A DNA stretch of 64,000 bases from a virus (taxonomy: Duplodnaviria > Heunggongvirae > Uroviricota > Caudoviricetes), in IMG/VR virus record IMGVR_UViG_3300012007_000007, positions 99,434-163,433 of that record; one strand, written 5' to 3'. Positions 35,910 through 45,274 of this stretch are shown one piece after another (position 1 is the first letter of the stretch; the number at the start of each line of letters is the position of its first letter). The position numbers were made by a program, and so were the translations under genes. The notes under the pieces were generated by a model. That model had not been told where the DNA came from and did not search any database. It saw nothing but the letters and a program-made list of their open reading frames with translations.

Positions 35910-35943
35910 AAGCGCCACCAAAAGGTGGCGCTTTTTCTTTGGC
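35910..35943 (+). terminator. intrinsic terminator
   Basis: AGCGCCACCaaaaGGTGGCGCT + ttttcttt. Confidence 0.6.
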
Positions 35944-35968
35944 TATGTCCACCCAAAGTGTTGCTAGT
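35941..35968 (+). repeat. 28-bp repeat GGCTATGTCCACCCAAAGTGTTGCTAGTT (copy A, direct)
   Basis: inverted partner at 36719..36747; third copy at 54508..54533. Confidence 0.6.
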
Positions 35969-36083
35969 TTGAAAAATCGCTGAAGTTAGTCCAATTTCGA
36001 CATCATTCCACTGTTCCTTCTTGATGGCAACCCGGTTTGTTCCTTCTTCGTCACCAAACACTTCGGCCATCTTCGCCTGGGCA

Positions 36084-36602
36084 TTAAGGTAAGCCAGGTT
36101 GCCCATATTGCCTAGACTTCGGGCAGGACGCGAGATATTCGTCCTGTGCCTTGACACGGGAATACTTGGTGTTCAGCTCCAGGGAGAGCCACGGTGCCGT
36201 CCCGCCATTCGCGTCGATTGCGCGTTCGAGAAACCTTTTTGCCTGCATAACGAGATGGTGCCTGGTCTGCATCATCCGTTCGGATGACTGGCGGCAGTCG
36301 ATTATGAGCTGTTGCCCGCGGACCCGTCTTTCCACCAAGGTCGTCCCGGTGCATTCGTCATACTGCTTCCCGTCCTTCAACTGATAATTGTACAACGCGC
36401 ACTGCATTGCTGTCATCTTCGCTATACCGCACATGTGAGCAGCAGTCTGTTCCCATAATCTAGCGCGTTCATTTGCGACGAGCGCCATGAGATATAGTTC
36501 CCTGGCCGAGAACCCGTGGTGTTTCTTCCTCATTTTCGCTCCGTCACAAGCGTTCTTCATTTTCGGGTGTGGTGTCGCGACTATTTCTTTCATGCCAGCC
36601 AT
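36084..36602 (-). CDS. hypothetical Cys/His-containing protein inside the inverted-repeat-flanked cassette (172 aa)
   Basis: AAGGAG RBS 8 nt upstream of ATG (residue 17 of ORF 36084..36650). Confidence 0.5.
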   Translation of the reverse strand: MAGMKEIVATPHPKMKNACDGAKMRKKHHGFSARELYLMALVANERARLWEQTAAHMCGIAKMTAMQCALYNYQLKDGKQYDECTGTTLVERRVRGQQLIIDCRQSSERMMQTRHHLVMQAKRFLERAIDANGGTAPWLSLELNTKYSRVKAQDEYLASCPKSRQYGQPGLP

Positions 36603-36652
36603 ACTTATCTCCTTGGCTAATTTACTCACCCAATAAATTATATTTTTCAATA

Positions 36653-36664
36653 CAAATATAGCAA
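36653..36664 (-). promoter_or_regulatory. class-III motif (minus strand TTGCTATATTTG)
   Basis: ~45 nt upstream of ATG 36602. Confidence 0.45.
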
Positions 36665-36718
36665 TTTATGGGGGCTGCTGGTTAAATGCTGTTTTAGCCA
36701 ATTTTGGACGTTTATATC

Positions 36719-36747
36719 AACCAGCAACACTTTGGGTGGACATAGCC
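36719..36747 (-). repeat. 28-bp repeat copy B (inverted)
   Basis: reverse complement reads GGCTATGTCCACCCAAAGTGTTGCTGGTT. Confidence 0.6.
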
Positions 36748-36753
36748 TTTTCT

Positions 36754-37008
36754 TTAGTCGAGCATACCAAGCTCAACTATTTCCGGAACAGTCAGTTCGT
36801 GGTAGGAGAGCATACCTGCAGCGGAAAGTTCCTGTTCCTCGAAGATGCATTCCGAATCCCTGTACCTGTCGCAGCAGTCCGGGCCCCACGTTATTTCCAG
36901 TATAAGCCTTTTGCGGCCATCGGGTACCTGCCTTACCTTGACGGCCTTACCCAAGTTAAGCATCGTTTTGTCGTTCTTGTTTTTCTTCTTAGTTAGTCGC
37001 AGATTCAT
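36754..37008 (-). CDS. hypothetical protein (84 aa)
   Basis: ORF track. Confidence 0.45.
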   Translation of the reverse strand: MNLRLTKKKNKNDKTMLNLGKAVKVRQVPDGRKRLILEITWGPDCCDRYRDSECIFEEQELSAAGMLSYHELTVPEIVELGMLD

Positions 37009-37025
37009 GTCCGCTACCCCCTTCG

Positions 37026-37556
37026 CTATCCTGCGAGCGCCTTGTACGCTTTCATGAGCTTTTCGACTTTCTTATCGTCGACACGCTTCTCCGGTTTCGT
37101 TTCGGCGCGGTACCTCTTCACGCGAGCGTATACGCACTGCTTCGACACCCCTATCCTGGCGGCAATCTCGTCGTAGGTCAGACCCTCGGCGTGCATCTGG
37201 AACAGCAGCGCATCGCGTGCCATGACCTTTTCATGCCTGAAAGTTCCCTTCTCCATCGGAACGCACCGGATATTCCCGGAATCATCCCGCATAACCCGGA
37301 TACCCATCATGTATCCACGGTGGAAACAGGCCGCGAAAGAGCGTCCTTCCGGGAGCTTCCCGCTGCGCAGGGTGTCCATTTCCTTCTTCGTCCATTTCTT
37401 CCTCCCGGTCGGCGGGTCCGGTGGCTCGATGCCGAGTGCATGCGCCTTCAGGTAGCACTGCCCGTACGTACGCTTTGCGGGTATCTTGCCGCGGCCGAGA
37501 AGTTCAAGTTCCTTGTCCGTCCAGCGACGGTACTTGCGTTTAGTGAATGTTGACAT
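37026..37556 (-). CDS. HTH DNA-binding protein with two SANT/Myb-like repeats (176 aa); putative transcription regulator
   Basis: duplicated W-x-(K/D)-E..L/R units; C-terminal LTYDEIAARIGVSKQCVYARVKRY (sigma region-4-like HTH). Confidence 0.5.
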   Translation of the reverse strand: MSTFTKRKYRRWTDKELELLGRGKIPAKRTYGQCYLKAHALGIEPPDPPTGRKKWTKKEMDTLRSGKLPEGRSFAACFHRGYMMGIRVMRDDSGNIRCVPMEKGTFRHEKVMARDALLFQMHAEGLTYDEIAARIGVSKQCVYARVKRYRAETKPEKRVDDKKVEKLMKAYKALAG

Positions 37557-37575
37557 AGTTAATTGTCTCCTGTTT

Positions 37576-37812
37576 TTAACATTGCCTGTTGCACTGTATC
37601 TCGTTTGAGTGTTCCGGGTAGTCGTAACCGAAACGGTCCTTCAAGTACTTAACCATCTGTTCGCGGAAACCGAGGTACTTCCCGGCATCAAGACGAGAGA
37701 TGACCTGTTCCTTTGTCGCGGGGGTGTAGTAATCATCACCATGTCCCGCGATGCACCCGCCACCGCAGCCACATACGCAGCAGTCGCCGCTGCAGTCGCT
37801 ACACATCTTCAT
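37576..37812 (-). CDS. Cys-rich small protein (78 aa)
   Basis: MKMCSDCSGDCCVCGCGGGC N-terminus; internal start of ORF 37576..37983. Confidence 0.4.
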   Translation of the reverse strand: MKMCSDCSGDCCVCGCGGGCIAGHGDDYYTPATKEQVISRLDAGKYLGFREQMVKYLKDRFGYDYPEHSNEIQCNRQC

Positions 37813-38467
37813 TCTCGGCCTCCTCGGAAATTGCCATAACCTCATCCAGGTCGCCAAATTCCATCTCGGTATCGAGCCTCTGGAGCTGGTCGATTGTGGC
37901 CACGTCGAATCGGACTTCGACAACGGTAGGCACGCCGTCGTGGTCGATACGCTCGATGAGACGGGTAATCTTGCCACGGTCACTCGGCTTGAAGGAGTTC
38001 ACCGGGATATACACGGGAGCGTCCGGCTGCTTGCCGGCTTCCCAGTCGATGCCGCTCATCTGCATGTAGTGAATGAATTTCTCGCGGACATCCCTGCGCA
38101 TTTTCTTGATTTCATCGGGGTCGTCGTTGCGGGTCTGTGGCCATACCTTGCGGTCCTTGCAGCGTGATGCGAAGTGGGCCTCGTGGTCGTCACTGCACAG
38201 GAAGTAGGCGAGGTCGAACTTTTTTCCAATGTAATGGTAATACGGCTCGGGGTCCGGCTTTCCGGTGCCGTCCTTGTATGAAAACATGATACTTTTGATG
38301 TTGGTTTCGCTGCCGTCACAGTCGCGAAGGGGCATATCGGACTTGTTGTCGCTGAACACCACGGAAACGTCGAAGTCCGTCTCGGGATACTTCTTCAGGA
38401 TGACGTCGATGTCGCTCTTGTCAATCCACTTGGCTCCGAACACCGAGAAGATGTTTCTGTAAGACAT
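37799..38467 (-). CDS. hypothetical acidic protein (222 aa)
   Basis: ORF track. Confidence 0.55.
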   Translation of the reverse strand: MSYRNIFSVFGAKWIDKSDIDVILKKYPETDFDVSVVFSDNKSDMPLRDCDGSETNIKSIMFSYKDGTGKPDPEPYYHYIGKKFDLAYFLCSDDHEAHFASRCKDRKVWPQTRNDDPDEIKKMRRDVREKFIHYMQMSGIDWEAGKQPDAPVYIPVNSFKPSDRGKITRLIERIDHDGVPTVVEVRFDVATIDQLQRLDTEMEFGDLDEVMAISEEAENEDV

Positions 38468-38604
38468 GGTAAGTTCTCCTTTAATTGTATTGTTCTTGTC
38501 TCTTATACCCTAAATATACATTAATTTCGGCAAAAAGTCAATACTTTTATTGTAAAATTTAGTTTACTTACCATTTCCGCATCATATTTATGGGATTCAT
38601 AATT

Positions 38605-38619
38605 AAATATAGCAAAAAA
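38605..38619 (-). promoter_or_regulatory. class-III motif
   Basis: TTTTTTGCTATATTT immediately after the terminator hairpin. Confidence 0.45.
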
Positions 38620-38643
38620 CTCCTGTTGCGGTCAACAGGAGTT
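38611..38643 (-). terminator. intrinsic terminator (minus strand)
   Basis: AACTCCTGTTGACCGCAACAGGAGTT + TTTTTT. Confidence 0.6.
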
Positions 38644-38665
38644 ACGAACATTTAATTGCGAAACG

Positions 38666-39082
38666 TTACTTGATTAGTTCGAACACGAGGTTCCTGAATA
38701 TTTCCCAGTTATTGTCCAGCTGCGTGTACACGTCTATCTTTTTCTCGACTTCCATGTCCGGCCATCCCGTAACTACGACCTCGTACTCGCATTTTGCCCA
38801 GAAATAATACTGGCACTTGTGGCGGAGTTCCATCTCTACAAGTTCATCGACAGTATATTTGCGCTTGCGCTTGCGCTCGGCCCATACCACGGTGTCTACA
38901 ATTTGCCGGTACTTGTCAGGGTCCTTTCCGTAGGCGGCATCAAGACGTTTCTTGAGTTTTTTAAGCCCTTTCAGTACGACGCCCATCTGGCTGAATTCGA
39001 ATATGTTTTCGAACACGATGCCACGGCCGAATGCGTTGTGTATGACAAAAAATTCAGGCTTCTTTTTTCCCTTTCGTTTCAT
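38666..39082 (-). CDS. hypothetical basic protein (138 aa)
   Basis: AAGGAGG RBS 5 nt upstream of ATG. Confidence 0.55.
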   Translation of the reverse strand: MKRKGKKKPEFFVIHNAFGRGIVFENIFEFSQMGVVLKGLKKLKKRLDAAYGKDPDKYRQIVDTVVWAERKRKRKYTVDELVEMELRHKCQYYFWAKCEYEVVVTGWPDMEVEKKIDVYTQLDNNWEIFRNLVFELIK

Positions 39083-39135
39083 AATGCCTCCTTGGCTCGG
39101 TTCAAAAAATACCACCACCTACCGGCGGTGGCCTA

Positions 39136-39876
39136 TCAAGGATAGTATCTCAACCCGTCGTAGTTGAACTTGGTCGTCGGGTAGTCCATGTTCCCCACGT
39201 CGACCAGGCGGTCAATCCACTCGGAAAGCGGTACGTCGTTCTTCAGGAGGACGTTCGCGTCACGCCAGAACTTGCATGTCTCGTCCACGATGGTCTGGTT
39301 CGGGACTCCCGGGAAACCGCACGCCCTCGCCTCGCCACTGTTCGAGATGAACATGGAGGACCAGAACCCGTACAGGTGGTTCGCCTCGGCGAACTCGGAT
39401 GCGTGGCACCATACAGCTATGACGCGCCTGGCGTGGATATCCTTTGTCATTGAGGAATTGACGACTGTATCCATGACGTGCCGCGTATATTTCCTTGGCT
39501 TGGGTTCTTCGGCCTTCTTTTCCGCCATCGGGCCGATTTCACCGGGCAAGGCCTCGTTCTGCTTCAGCTTGGCGTATTCCTCCGCCATGCTTAGCACCTT
39601 GCCGCCGCGCTTCATGCCGTAGTCGAACCCCCATGAGCTGTAGGGCCTTTCCTCGTATTCCTGCACGACGAAACCGAGCAAACCGCGCGGCGTCCCGTGG
39701 CCGCACATGATGAGCGTGTCGTCGGCTTCCTTGATTGCGTTGTGCACGTCTTCCTTGGTGTAGTTCGTGTCATCGGCCAGACGAAGTACGTCCACGTCCG
39801 GGATTCCTTTCCACAGAAGCGGGATGCTGGCACAGTCCACGTCACCCAGGTCAGAATATATAACTTTGATTGACAT
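39136..39876 (-). CDS. hypothetical protein (246 aa)
   Basis: ORF track. Confidence 0.55.
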   Translation of the reverse strand: MSIKVIYSDLGDVDCASIPLLWKGIPDVDVLRLADDTNYTKEDVHNAIKEADDTLIMCGHGTPRGLLGFVVQEYEERPYSSWGFDYGMKRGGKVLSMAEEYAKLKQNEALPGEIGPMAEKKAEEPKPRKYTRHVMDTVVNSSMTKDIHARRVIAVWCHASEFAEANHLYGFWSSMFISNSGEARACGFPGVPNQTIVDETCKFWRDANVLLKNDVPLSEWIDRLVDVGNMDYPTTKFNYDGLRYYP

Positions 39877-39908
39877 CGTGTCCTCCGATTCAATAGTTTA
39901 TGGCATAT

Positions 39909-40121
39909 TCAGTTGAATTCTTCGGCCAGATAGACACGTTGCTCGGCCGGAATCCACTTGACGAAGCCAGTTTCCACCTTCTCCAGTTTCACTATAAGCA
40001 GCCCGGTTTTTGTGGATACCACCGGATTGGCAACTTTCATATAGGTCCACTTGGACTTAGGAGTAAGCTTGATGTAAGTTCCGCATAATAGGTCGCCGAT
40101 TAGTGCTGTTCGGTGCGGCAT
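39909..40121 (-). CDS. hypothetical protein (70 aa)
   Basis: ORF track. Confidence 0.45.
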   Translation of the reverse strand: MPHRTALIGDLLCGTYIKLTPKSKWTYMKVANPVVSTKTGLLIVKLEKVETGFVKWIPAEQRVYLAEEFN

Positions 40122-40140
40122 GAAGTCATCCTCGAATATA

Positions 40141-40167
40141 AATTAAAAAGCAGCGGTTCCCGCTGCC
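40141..40167 (-). terminator. intrinsic terminator (minus strand)
   Basis: GCAGCGGGAACCGCTGC + TTTTTAATTT. Confidence 0.55.
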
Positions 40168-40173
40168 GGTAAT

Positions 40174-40314
40174 TCAGGTTTTCCTGGGAAGGTCCGCCAG
40201 GTCCGCCCGGAGCTTGTACATGATTTTGCGTTCCCGGGCAACCAGGGCCGACACTATGCCAACCCCGAACAGGGCGAGCAGCTTCCACAGTATCTTGCGT
40301 TTCTTTCCGCTCAT
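40174..40314 (-). CDS. small membrane protein (46 aa)
   Basis: MSGKKRKILWKLLALFGVGIVSAL; ATGA overlap with the upstream gene. Confidence 0.3.
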   Translation of the reverse strand: MSGKKRKILWKLLALFGVGIVSALVARERKIMYKLRADLADLPRKT

Positions 40315-40544
40315 CGGGTGGTAGCCCTCATGGCGCAGTCGCAGGCGCAGTCGCTGACTTCCTGTTTGCAGGCGTCCTGTTCGACGTGTCGAAAGCCGTG
40401 GTTCAGGTCGATGGACTGCTCGGAGCCGCAGTCCTTCTTCTGGTCGGGCTCCTTGGCCGTGATAAGTGTACGAATCTTGCGGAAAGCGAATACGCTCCCG
40501 GCTACTGCCAGTGCCGCGATGGCTACTTTTGTCTTTGTTGTCAT
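40311..40544 (-). CDS. small membrane/Cys protein (77 aa)
   Basis: AGAGAGG RBS; TM helix then DCGS...CACDC. Confidence 0.45.
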   Translation of the reverse strand: MTTKTKVAIAALAVAGSVFAFRKIRTLITAKEPDQKKDCGSEQSIDLNHGFRHVEQDACKQEVSDCACDCAMRATTR

Positions 40545-40574
40545 GTTGTGACCTCTCTTTTGGAATGTTTGACA

Positions 40575-40590
40575 CAAATATAGCAAAAAA
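40575..40590 (-). promoter_or_regulatory. class-III motif
   Basis: TTTTTTGCTATATTTG ~30 nt upstream of ATG 40544. Confidence 0.45.
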
Positions 40591-40641
40591 CTTCCGAAAC
40601 GATGCATAAACTGTTTGAAAATTACCGCCAGGAAACCGGAC

Positions 40642-41067
40642 ATGGACCAGAATCTTGAAACTACGCTCGCCGAGGGATATTCACGAATCGCAGGCAGGCC
40701 ACTCAGCGAGGGCATTTTCAGCTGGCTGTTCGGCAAGAAACTGAGCCCGTCGGACGAGCTATTCAACCGGGTGAGCGACCTCTTCGAGCGGTTCTACGAC
40801 CGCGAGGTAGCCCGTGACGGGCGCACCTACCGGGGAACGCCGGGGGAATACAGCACGCAGGCCCTGCTAGACCGCGTGGACACCCTGAAGAACTCCGTCC
40901 TGTCGGAAATCCGCAGATTTAGCAGCAAGTGCGACAAGGCGTTCAAGGAACGCGACAGGGCGTTCAAGATGCGCGACAGCTACAACGAAAAGCTGAACTA
41001 CATGCGCGACGCCCGGGACGACTACAGGAGCCGCCTGTACGAGCAGCGGAGGAACCGAAACAAGTAG
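40642..41067 (+). CDS. hypothetical basic coiled-coil protein (141 aa)
   Basis: in-frame ATG of ORF 40615..41067; the only plus-strand gene in this block. Confidence 0.5.
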   Translation: MDQNLETTLAEGYSRIAGRPLSEGIFSWLFGKKLSPSDELFNRVSDLFERFYDREVARDGRTYRGTPGEYSTQALLDRVDTLKNSVLSEIRRFSSKCDKAFKERDRAFKMRDSYNEKLNYMRDARDDYRSRLYEQRRNRNK

Positions 41068-41388
41068 CTACAGAAGGTCAAGGTTGCCTTCTATGTCGGC
41101 ATCGCCTATCCTTTCCGCCGTGCTGTCCGCCGGTTTTCCGTCCGCCACCCTCCCGGCGCACTTCAGGAACGTCTCCTTGGCCTCGCCGGAAACAGTCGCC
41201 GGCCCGGTGGACACCAGCACGGCCCCGACCAGGGCTTTGATGTCATCCGGCACCAGGGTGTAGTCCGGCCCTCCCGGCATATCCGGCGGCTGGATTCCCA
41301 TCGCAGCAATGACGTTGATTATCGGTGCCTCGCTGCCGTTGTCCTGGCAAGCGGACACCAGCTCGCTAAAAGCCTCGTTCGTAGTCAT
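41068..41388 (-). CDS. hypothetical protein (106 aa)
   Basis: ORF track. Confidence 0.5.
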   Translation of the reverse strand: MTTNEAFSELVSACQDNGSEAPIINVIAAMGIQPPDMPGGPDYTLVPDDIKALVGAVLVSTGPATVSGEAKETFLKCAGRVADGKPADSTAERIGDADIEGNLDLL

Positions 41389-41656
41389 ATCTCGCCCCCG
41401 TTTCCACTATCTTGGCGGACACCACTTCCCCGGGAACCCCGACGCCGTAGGAGTCTACCTTCCAGTCATGTACCAGCTCGATTACGTCGGCATTCTCGTG
41501 GTGGCCGCGTACGAACTTCACCTTGCGGTTCTTCTTCCCGTCGGCACGCACCGTCATCATGCGTCCGCGGATGAACCCGTCCTTTATTAACTCGCTCTCC
41601 ACGAACCCGTACGGTCTTCCCGGGAGGTGGTCGACGTAGTATTCGACATCAATCAT
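41366..41656 (-). CDS. hypothetical protein (96 aa)
   Basis: ORF track. Confidence 0.5.
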   Translation of the reverse strand: MIDVEYYVDHLPGRPYGFVESELIKDGFIRGRMMTVRADGKKNRKVKFVRGHHENADVIELVHDWKVDSYGVGVPGEVVSAKIVETGARYDYERGF

Positions 41657-41988
41657 CTTATCTCCTTCTTCAGCCTGCGTCTGTATCCTTTCAGCAGTTT
41701 AAGTTTTTCCCGGCTGGCGGCAACCCGTACCATCCTGGCCGTGGCCTCGGCAACCGTCAGGTAGTCCTCGTACCCGTCATCCGTCTCGGCCCGCTTGTCC
41801 CGGAGCCTCACCGGCAGTTCCCTTTCCTCCAGTTCCCTCTCGACTTCGCCAATCTGGCCGTCCACCCATTCTACAGCTCCATCAAGCTGTCCAGTTCCCT
41901 TCCGGTTTTCCGGTCGTCTATCTGGTCTATCTGACCCGTTATGCTGAGGGTGTACTTCATTAGGTTTCTTAAATCTGTGTATGCCCAC
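41653..41988 (-). CDS. hypothetical protein (111 aa as drawn; true start probably nearer 41880)
   Basis: ORF track; 5' third overlaps the next gene. Confidence 0.3.
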   Translation of the reverse strand: MGIHRFKKPNEVHPQHNGSDRPDRRPENRKGTGQLDGAVEWVDGQIGEVERELEERELPVRLRDKRAETDDGYEDYLTVAEATARMVRVAASREKLKLLKGYRRRLKKEIR

Positions 41989-42473
41989 GTTCCGCTCCTT
42001 GTCCTGTCGGAATACTTGACCACCTTGCAGTACTTGATTTCCGACGTGGTGACTTCTATCCTGCCGTACTCGCCCTTGTCGACCATGAGGCGCAGGTTGC
42101 CCGCCGAATCGGTAAGCACGGTAGGCCAGGTCCTCACCAGCGATTCCAGGTAGGCGACCTCCCCGCAGAACTTCCCGTACTTTTGCTGGCCCCTTTCCTC
42201 GTCCAGCATGCTGACCCCGGTCAGCCTAATCGTCGGGGGGTTTATCTCCCTGTTGTACGTGATGGCCACTTCCTTCACCCCTAGGGTAAGCGTGGCCATG
42301 CTGAACCCCCTCCACATCAGCACGGTGTTCCATTCGTCGCCCGCGGGGACCTCCGCGGTGCATACCGGGGAAATGTCCCGCCACATCTTCAGCGCGTCGT
42401 CAAGTATCTTCCTGGCCCCGTCGGTGGAACCCTTGGGTTCGCGCTTGTTTTCCTTTTTCTTCCTGCCGAACAT
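41871..42473 (-). CDS. hypothetical protein (200 aa)
   Basis: internal ATG (residue 33) of ORF 41871..42569, tightly packed with the neighbour. Confidence 0.5.
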   Translation of the reverse strand: MFGRKKKENKREPKGSTDGARKILDDALKMWRDISPVCTAEVPAGDEWNTVLMWRGFSMATLTLGVKEVAITYNREINPPTIRLTGVSMLDEERGQQKYGKFCGEVAYLESLVRTWPTVLTDSAGNLRLMVDKGEYGRIEVTTSEIKYCKVVKYSDRTRSGTWAYTDLRNLMKYTLSITGQIDQIDDRKTGRELDSLMEL

Positions 42474-42477
42474 CAGC

Positions 42478-42780
42478 CTACCTGTCGTGATTGTACCAGG
42501 CGAAATACTCTTCCCTGTCGGGTGACTTGGCGAAGGAATTGTACTCGCCGTACACCTTCTCCATGTCATTGAACGACGCTCCTATGTCCTCGAGCATGTC
42601 CAGGAAGATTTCCCTGGATATGGTAACGAGCCTTTCCTGCATACGGTTCCTGATTGCGGAAATGTGCTCGTTCTTGACTGTGTTTCCCGAGACATGCATG
42701 AACACGGACGTGCCGTGTATCCCGTCGCACATCTGCATCATCGCGTCGCCCAGTACCATGTCGGAATGTTCTACTGGCAT
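42478..42780 (-). CDS. hypothetical protein (100 aa)
   Basis: internal ATG (residue 74) of ORF 42478..42999; the N-terminal extension is Pro/Gln junk. Confidence 0.45.
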   Translation of the reverse strand: MPVEHSDMVLGDAMMQMCDGIHGTSVFMHVSGNTVKNEHISAIRNRMQERLVTISREIFLDMLEDIGASFNDMEKVYGEYNSFAKSPDREEYFAWYNHDR

Positions 42781-43322
42781 GGCTGGGCCTCGTCGATATC
42801 CAGCTCGTCGAGCTTCACTAGTTCGTACTTTTTCGGACGCGCGAAGCCGTACGGGATGAGACGGTCCGTTACGAGTTCCGGCTCGGATGTTTCCGGTATC
42901 GGCAGGAAACCCGTTACTAGGTTGTACGTAAGGTTGGGGCTGTTGCGGCGGTTGTAACGGTCGACACGGGCAAGCAAAGGCACTCCCAGGAAGTCGCATT
43001 CGTCGAACACGCCGTCCTTGAAGTACTCATTGCGTTCCAGCCACTTGTACAGTTCGTCGCAGTCATTGCTCTCGGTGAGCCCGCACAGCAGCTTGCACAG
43101 CGGGCTGCCCTCGTTGATTGACACGTCGAACGGCTTGGTGCTGACGTAGCACACGCTGTCACCGCGGTGCACCTGCAGCAGGTACTCGCCGTACGTCCGG
43201 CGGGAAACCCCGCCCGATTCCTTCGGGTACACCATGCCTACGATGTGGGCGGGATATACGCCCGGGGCGAGGTCCAGCCTGGGAGTACCCAGCTTTTTAA
43301 GTCTTGAAATTGATACTGGCAT
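42771..43322 (-). CDS. hypothetical protein (183 aa)
   Basis: ORF track. Confidence 0.55.
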   Translation of the reverse strand: MPVSISRLKKLGTPRLDLAPGVYPAHIVGMVYPKESGGVSRRTYGEYLLQVHRGDSVCYVSTKPFDVSINEGSPLCKLLCGLTESNDCDELYKWLERNEYFKDGVFDECDFLGVPLLARVDRYNRRNSPNLTYNLVTGFLPIPETSEPELVTDRLIPYGFARPKKYELVKLDELDIDEAQPCQ

Positions 43323-43333
43323 TGAATTTTCTC

Positions 43334-43708
43334 CTATACAACCTTGATTCTTGTCACGAGGCCGCTGAAAGTGGCCCCGTCGTTCCTAGTATGGGTAAGC
43401 TCGACGGTTCCAGGGCTCAGCTGCACCTGCCGCGCCGATTGCTTGCCCTTCACCGTCTGGTCCCCGGTCTCGGCGAAGAATTGCTCCATGCTCCAGTTGA
43501 GGTCGTGCACCGCGTCCTTCTTGGAATGGTAGAAAGTTCGAGTGGTACTGGCAAGGGTCGACATGTCGTCGCTCCTGTATGTCGTCACGGTGAGCATGTA
43601 TATGTCGTTGTTCTTGCGCACGGCGGACAGGGAGGACTCAAGCTCGCGCACCTTCTTGCGGAGCTCATCCACTTCCTTGGTTTTCTTGTTAGTTACTGTT
43701 CTTGTCAT
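43334..43708 (-). CDS. hypothetical protein (124 aa)
   Basis: ORF track. Confidence 0.5.
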   Translation of the reverse strand: MTRTVTNKKTKEVDELRKKVRELESSLSAVRKNNDIYMLTVTTYRSDDMSTLASTTRTFYHSKKDAVHDLNWSMEQFFAETGDQTVKGKQSARQVQLSPGTVELTHTRNDGATFSGLVTRIKVV

Positions 43709-44670
43709 TATGCGGCAATCCTGGAGAATGCGAGGTCGAACGCGGGAGTGCTGGTCTTCTCGTAGCCACGGTCGACCATGTCCACGATATTGTTGAGGGC
43801 CATGCGGCTGCGACCGGCGATGTTGCCACAGAGAACGGAGCGTGGCTTGTTGGCAGTGTTCCGCGTGTCGTGCTGGTAGGTTCCCTGGATTGCGTTGTAC
43901 AGGTTCCAGGCAGTCATCTTCTCGGAATTGCCGTGGTCGGCGGACTCGAAGCGGTTGACCATTCCGGTGAGCAGGTTGACAAAGTGAGTACTCGGCTCCT
44001 GCGGGTCGTCATCGGAAGCCTTGTATGTCAGGCAACGGGCAATACCCTCGCGGACGAAGTCCATGTCGATTACATTGTCGGCAAGCCGGCTATAGATTTC
44101 GGAAGTCTTCTTGAACACGCCGTCGCAGATTCGCATCGTCTCGCCGAGGATGCGGAGGCGGCTTTCGGCCATGGAATCGTGGCGCACACGGAAAAGGCTG
44201 GCCTGGTCAGCATGGCTGAGCGCGGGTGCAATCTGGTTCTCGCACCAGAAACGGTACGGGGTGATGAGGATGGCGCAACCGCGTGTCCCGTCGTGGGAAT
44301 TGACCACCGAGATGTACCTACCCACGTGGTCGTCGCCACCGCCTACGACCATGTCGTCACCGATTGCAATCTGGGCGAACACGCCGGCACCGTTTCCCCA
44401 GCTGCCCACGTTGCGGAACTCGATATCGGCAACGTTGGCAATGTCGGCAATCACCTTGAAAGCGTCGCGGTTCTGTATTGGCCGGTAAGCCCTTGTGAAC
44501 GTATGCTCGGAAATGATTGTCCCGTCGTCGCTACGGACGGGGGCGAACATCTTGGTGCCGTGGAATTCCCCGTCGGCTCCCATGAAGGACACGGGTCTCA
44601 TCTCGGTGTCGAAGTCGAGGCGGTTGGCGCGGAGCGCGTCCATTACGGATTCATAGGCTGTATTGGGCAT
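43708..44670 (-). CDS. conserved phage/plasmid-type protein of unknown function (320 aa)
   Basis: long, well-formed ORF; AAAGGAACAATCACC upstream; no motif recognised with confidence. Confidence 0.55.
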   Translation of the reverse strand: MPNTAYESVMDALRANRLDFDTEMRPVSFMGADGEFHGTKMFAPVRSDDGTIISEHTFTRAYRPIQNRDAFKVIADIANVADIEFRNVGSWGNGAGVFAQIAIGDDMVVGGGDDHVGRYISVVNSHDGTRGCAILITPYRFWCENQIAPALSHADQASLFRVRHDSMAESRLRILGETMRICDGVFKKTSEIYSRLADNVIDMDFVREGIARCLTYKASDDDPQEPSTHFVNLLTGMVNRFESADHGNSEKMTAWNLYNAIQGTYQHDTRNTANKPRSVLCGNIAGRSRMALNNIVDMVDRGYEKTSTPAFDLAFSRIAA

Positions 44671-44717
44671 GGTGATTGTTCCTTTTATTAAGTTTTAATT
44701 GTATTGAAATTGTATTC

Positions 44718-44733
44718 CAAATATAGCAAAAAA
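44718..44733 (-). promoter_or_regulatory. class-III motif
   Basis: TTTTTTGCTATATTTGG right after terminator 44726..44754. Confidence 0.45.
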
Positions 44734-44754
44734 CCGCGCCGGTGACGCGGTTTC
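44726..44754 (-). terminator. intrinsic terminator (minus strand)
   Basis: AAACCGCGTCACCGGCGCGGTTT + TTTT. Confidence 0.55.
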
Positions 44755-44776
44755 CTGGAAAATGCACAATTTTGGA

Positions 44777-45274
44777 CTAAATTTGGGTATTCTTTCCCGC
44801 GCCGGCCACCTTTTCCAGCTTCCTGTCCATCAGCCAGAGGTATATCTTCCACCACAGCCAGGAGAACGTGCTGTTCACCCGGAACGGAACCGAATGGTCG
44901 TCCAGGTACACGTCGGCGCATATTTTCCTCCCGAACCTCCCGGAGCCTTCCTGGTATTCCCCGGGAGTCTCCCCTATGTTCCGGTTGACCGCGTCGAAGA
45001 ACATCTGGTGCCGGGTGCAGTACTGTACCGCCATGTTCAGGTATTCCCGGTCCTCGTAATCCCTCCCGCCGTAGTTCTCCCGGCATGTCCAGAGCACTAT
45101 GCGGTCGCCCATGAGCCTGCGCTTCCTGAGCCACCCGGCCACGACCTGGTTCCAGACTGCGTCATCCCCTATGTCGGGCCACGTGCCGGTTGCCAGCGTG
45201 CCGTCGAAATCAACGGCTATGGTGAGCGGCCTTCCGCCCTTTTGGATTCTTACCGCGTTTCCTCTTTTGGCCAT
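44777..45274 (-). CDS. HAD-superfamily phosphatase (165 aa)
   Basis: motif I IAVDFDGTL near the N-terminus. Confidence 0.6.
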   Translation of the reverse strand: MAKRGNAVRIQKGGRPLTIAVDFDGTLATGTWPDIGDDAVWNQVVAGWLRKRRLMGDRIVLWTCRENYGGRDYEDREYLNMAVQYCTRHQMFFDAVNRNIGETPGEYQEGSGRFGRKICADVYLDDHSVPFRVNSTFSWLWWKIYLWLMDRKLEKVAGAGKNTQI

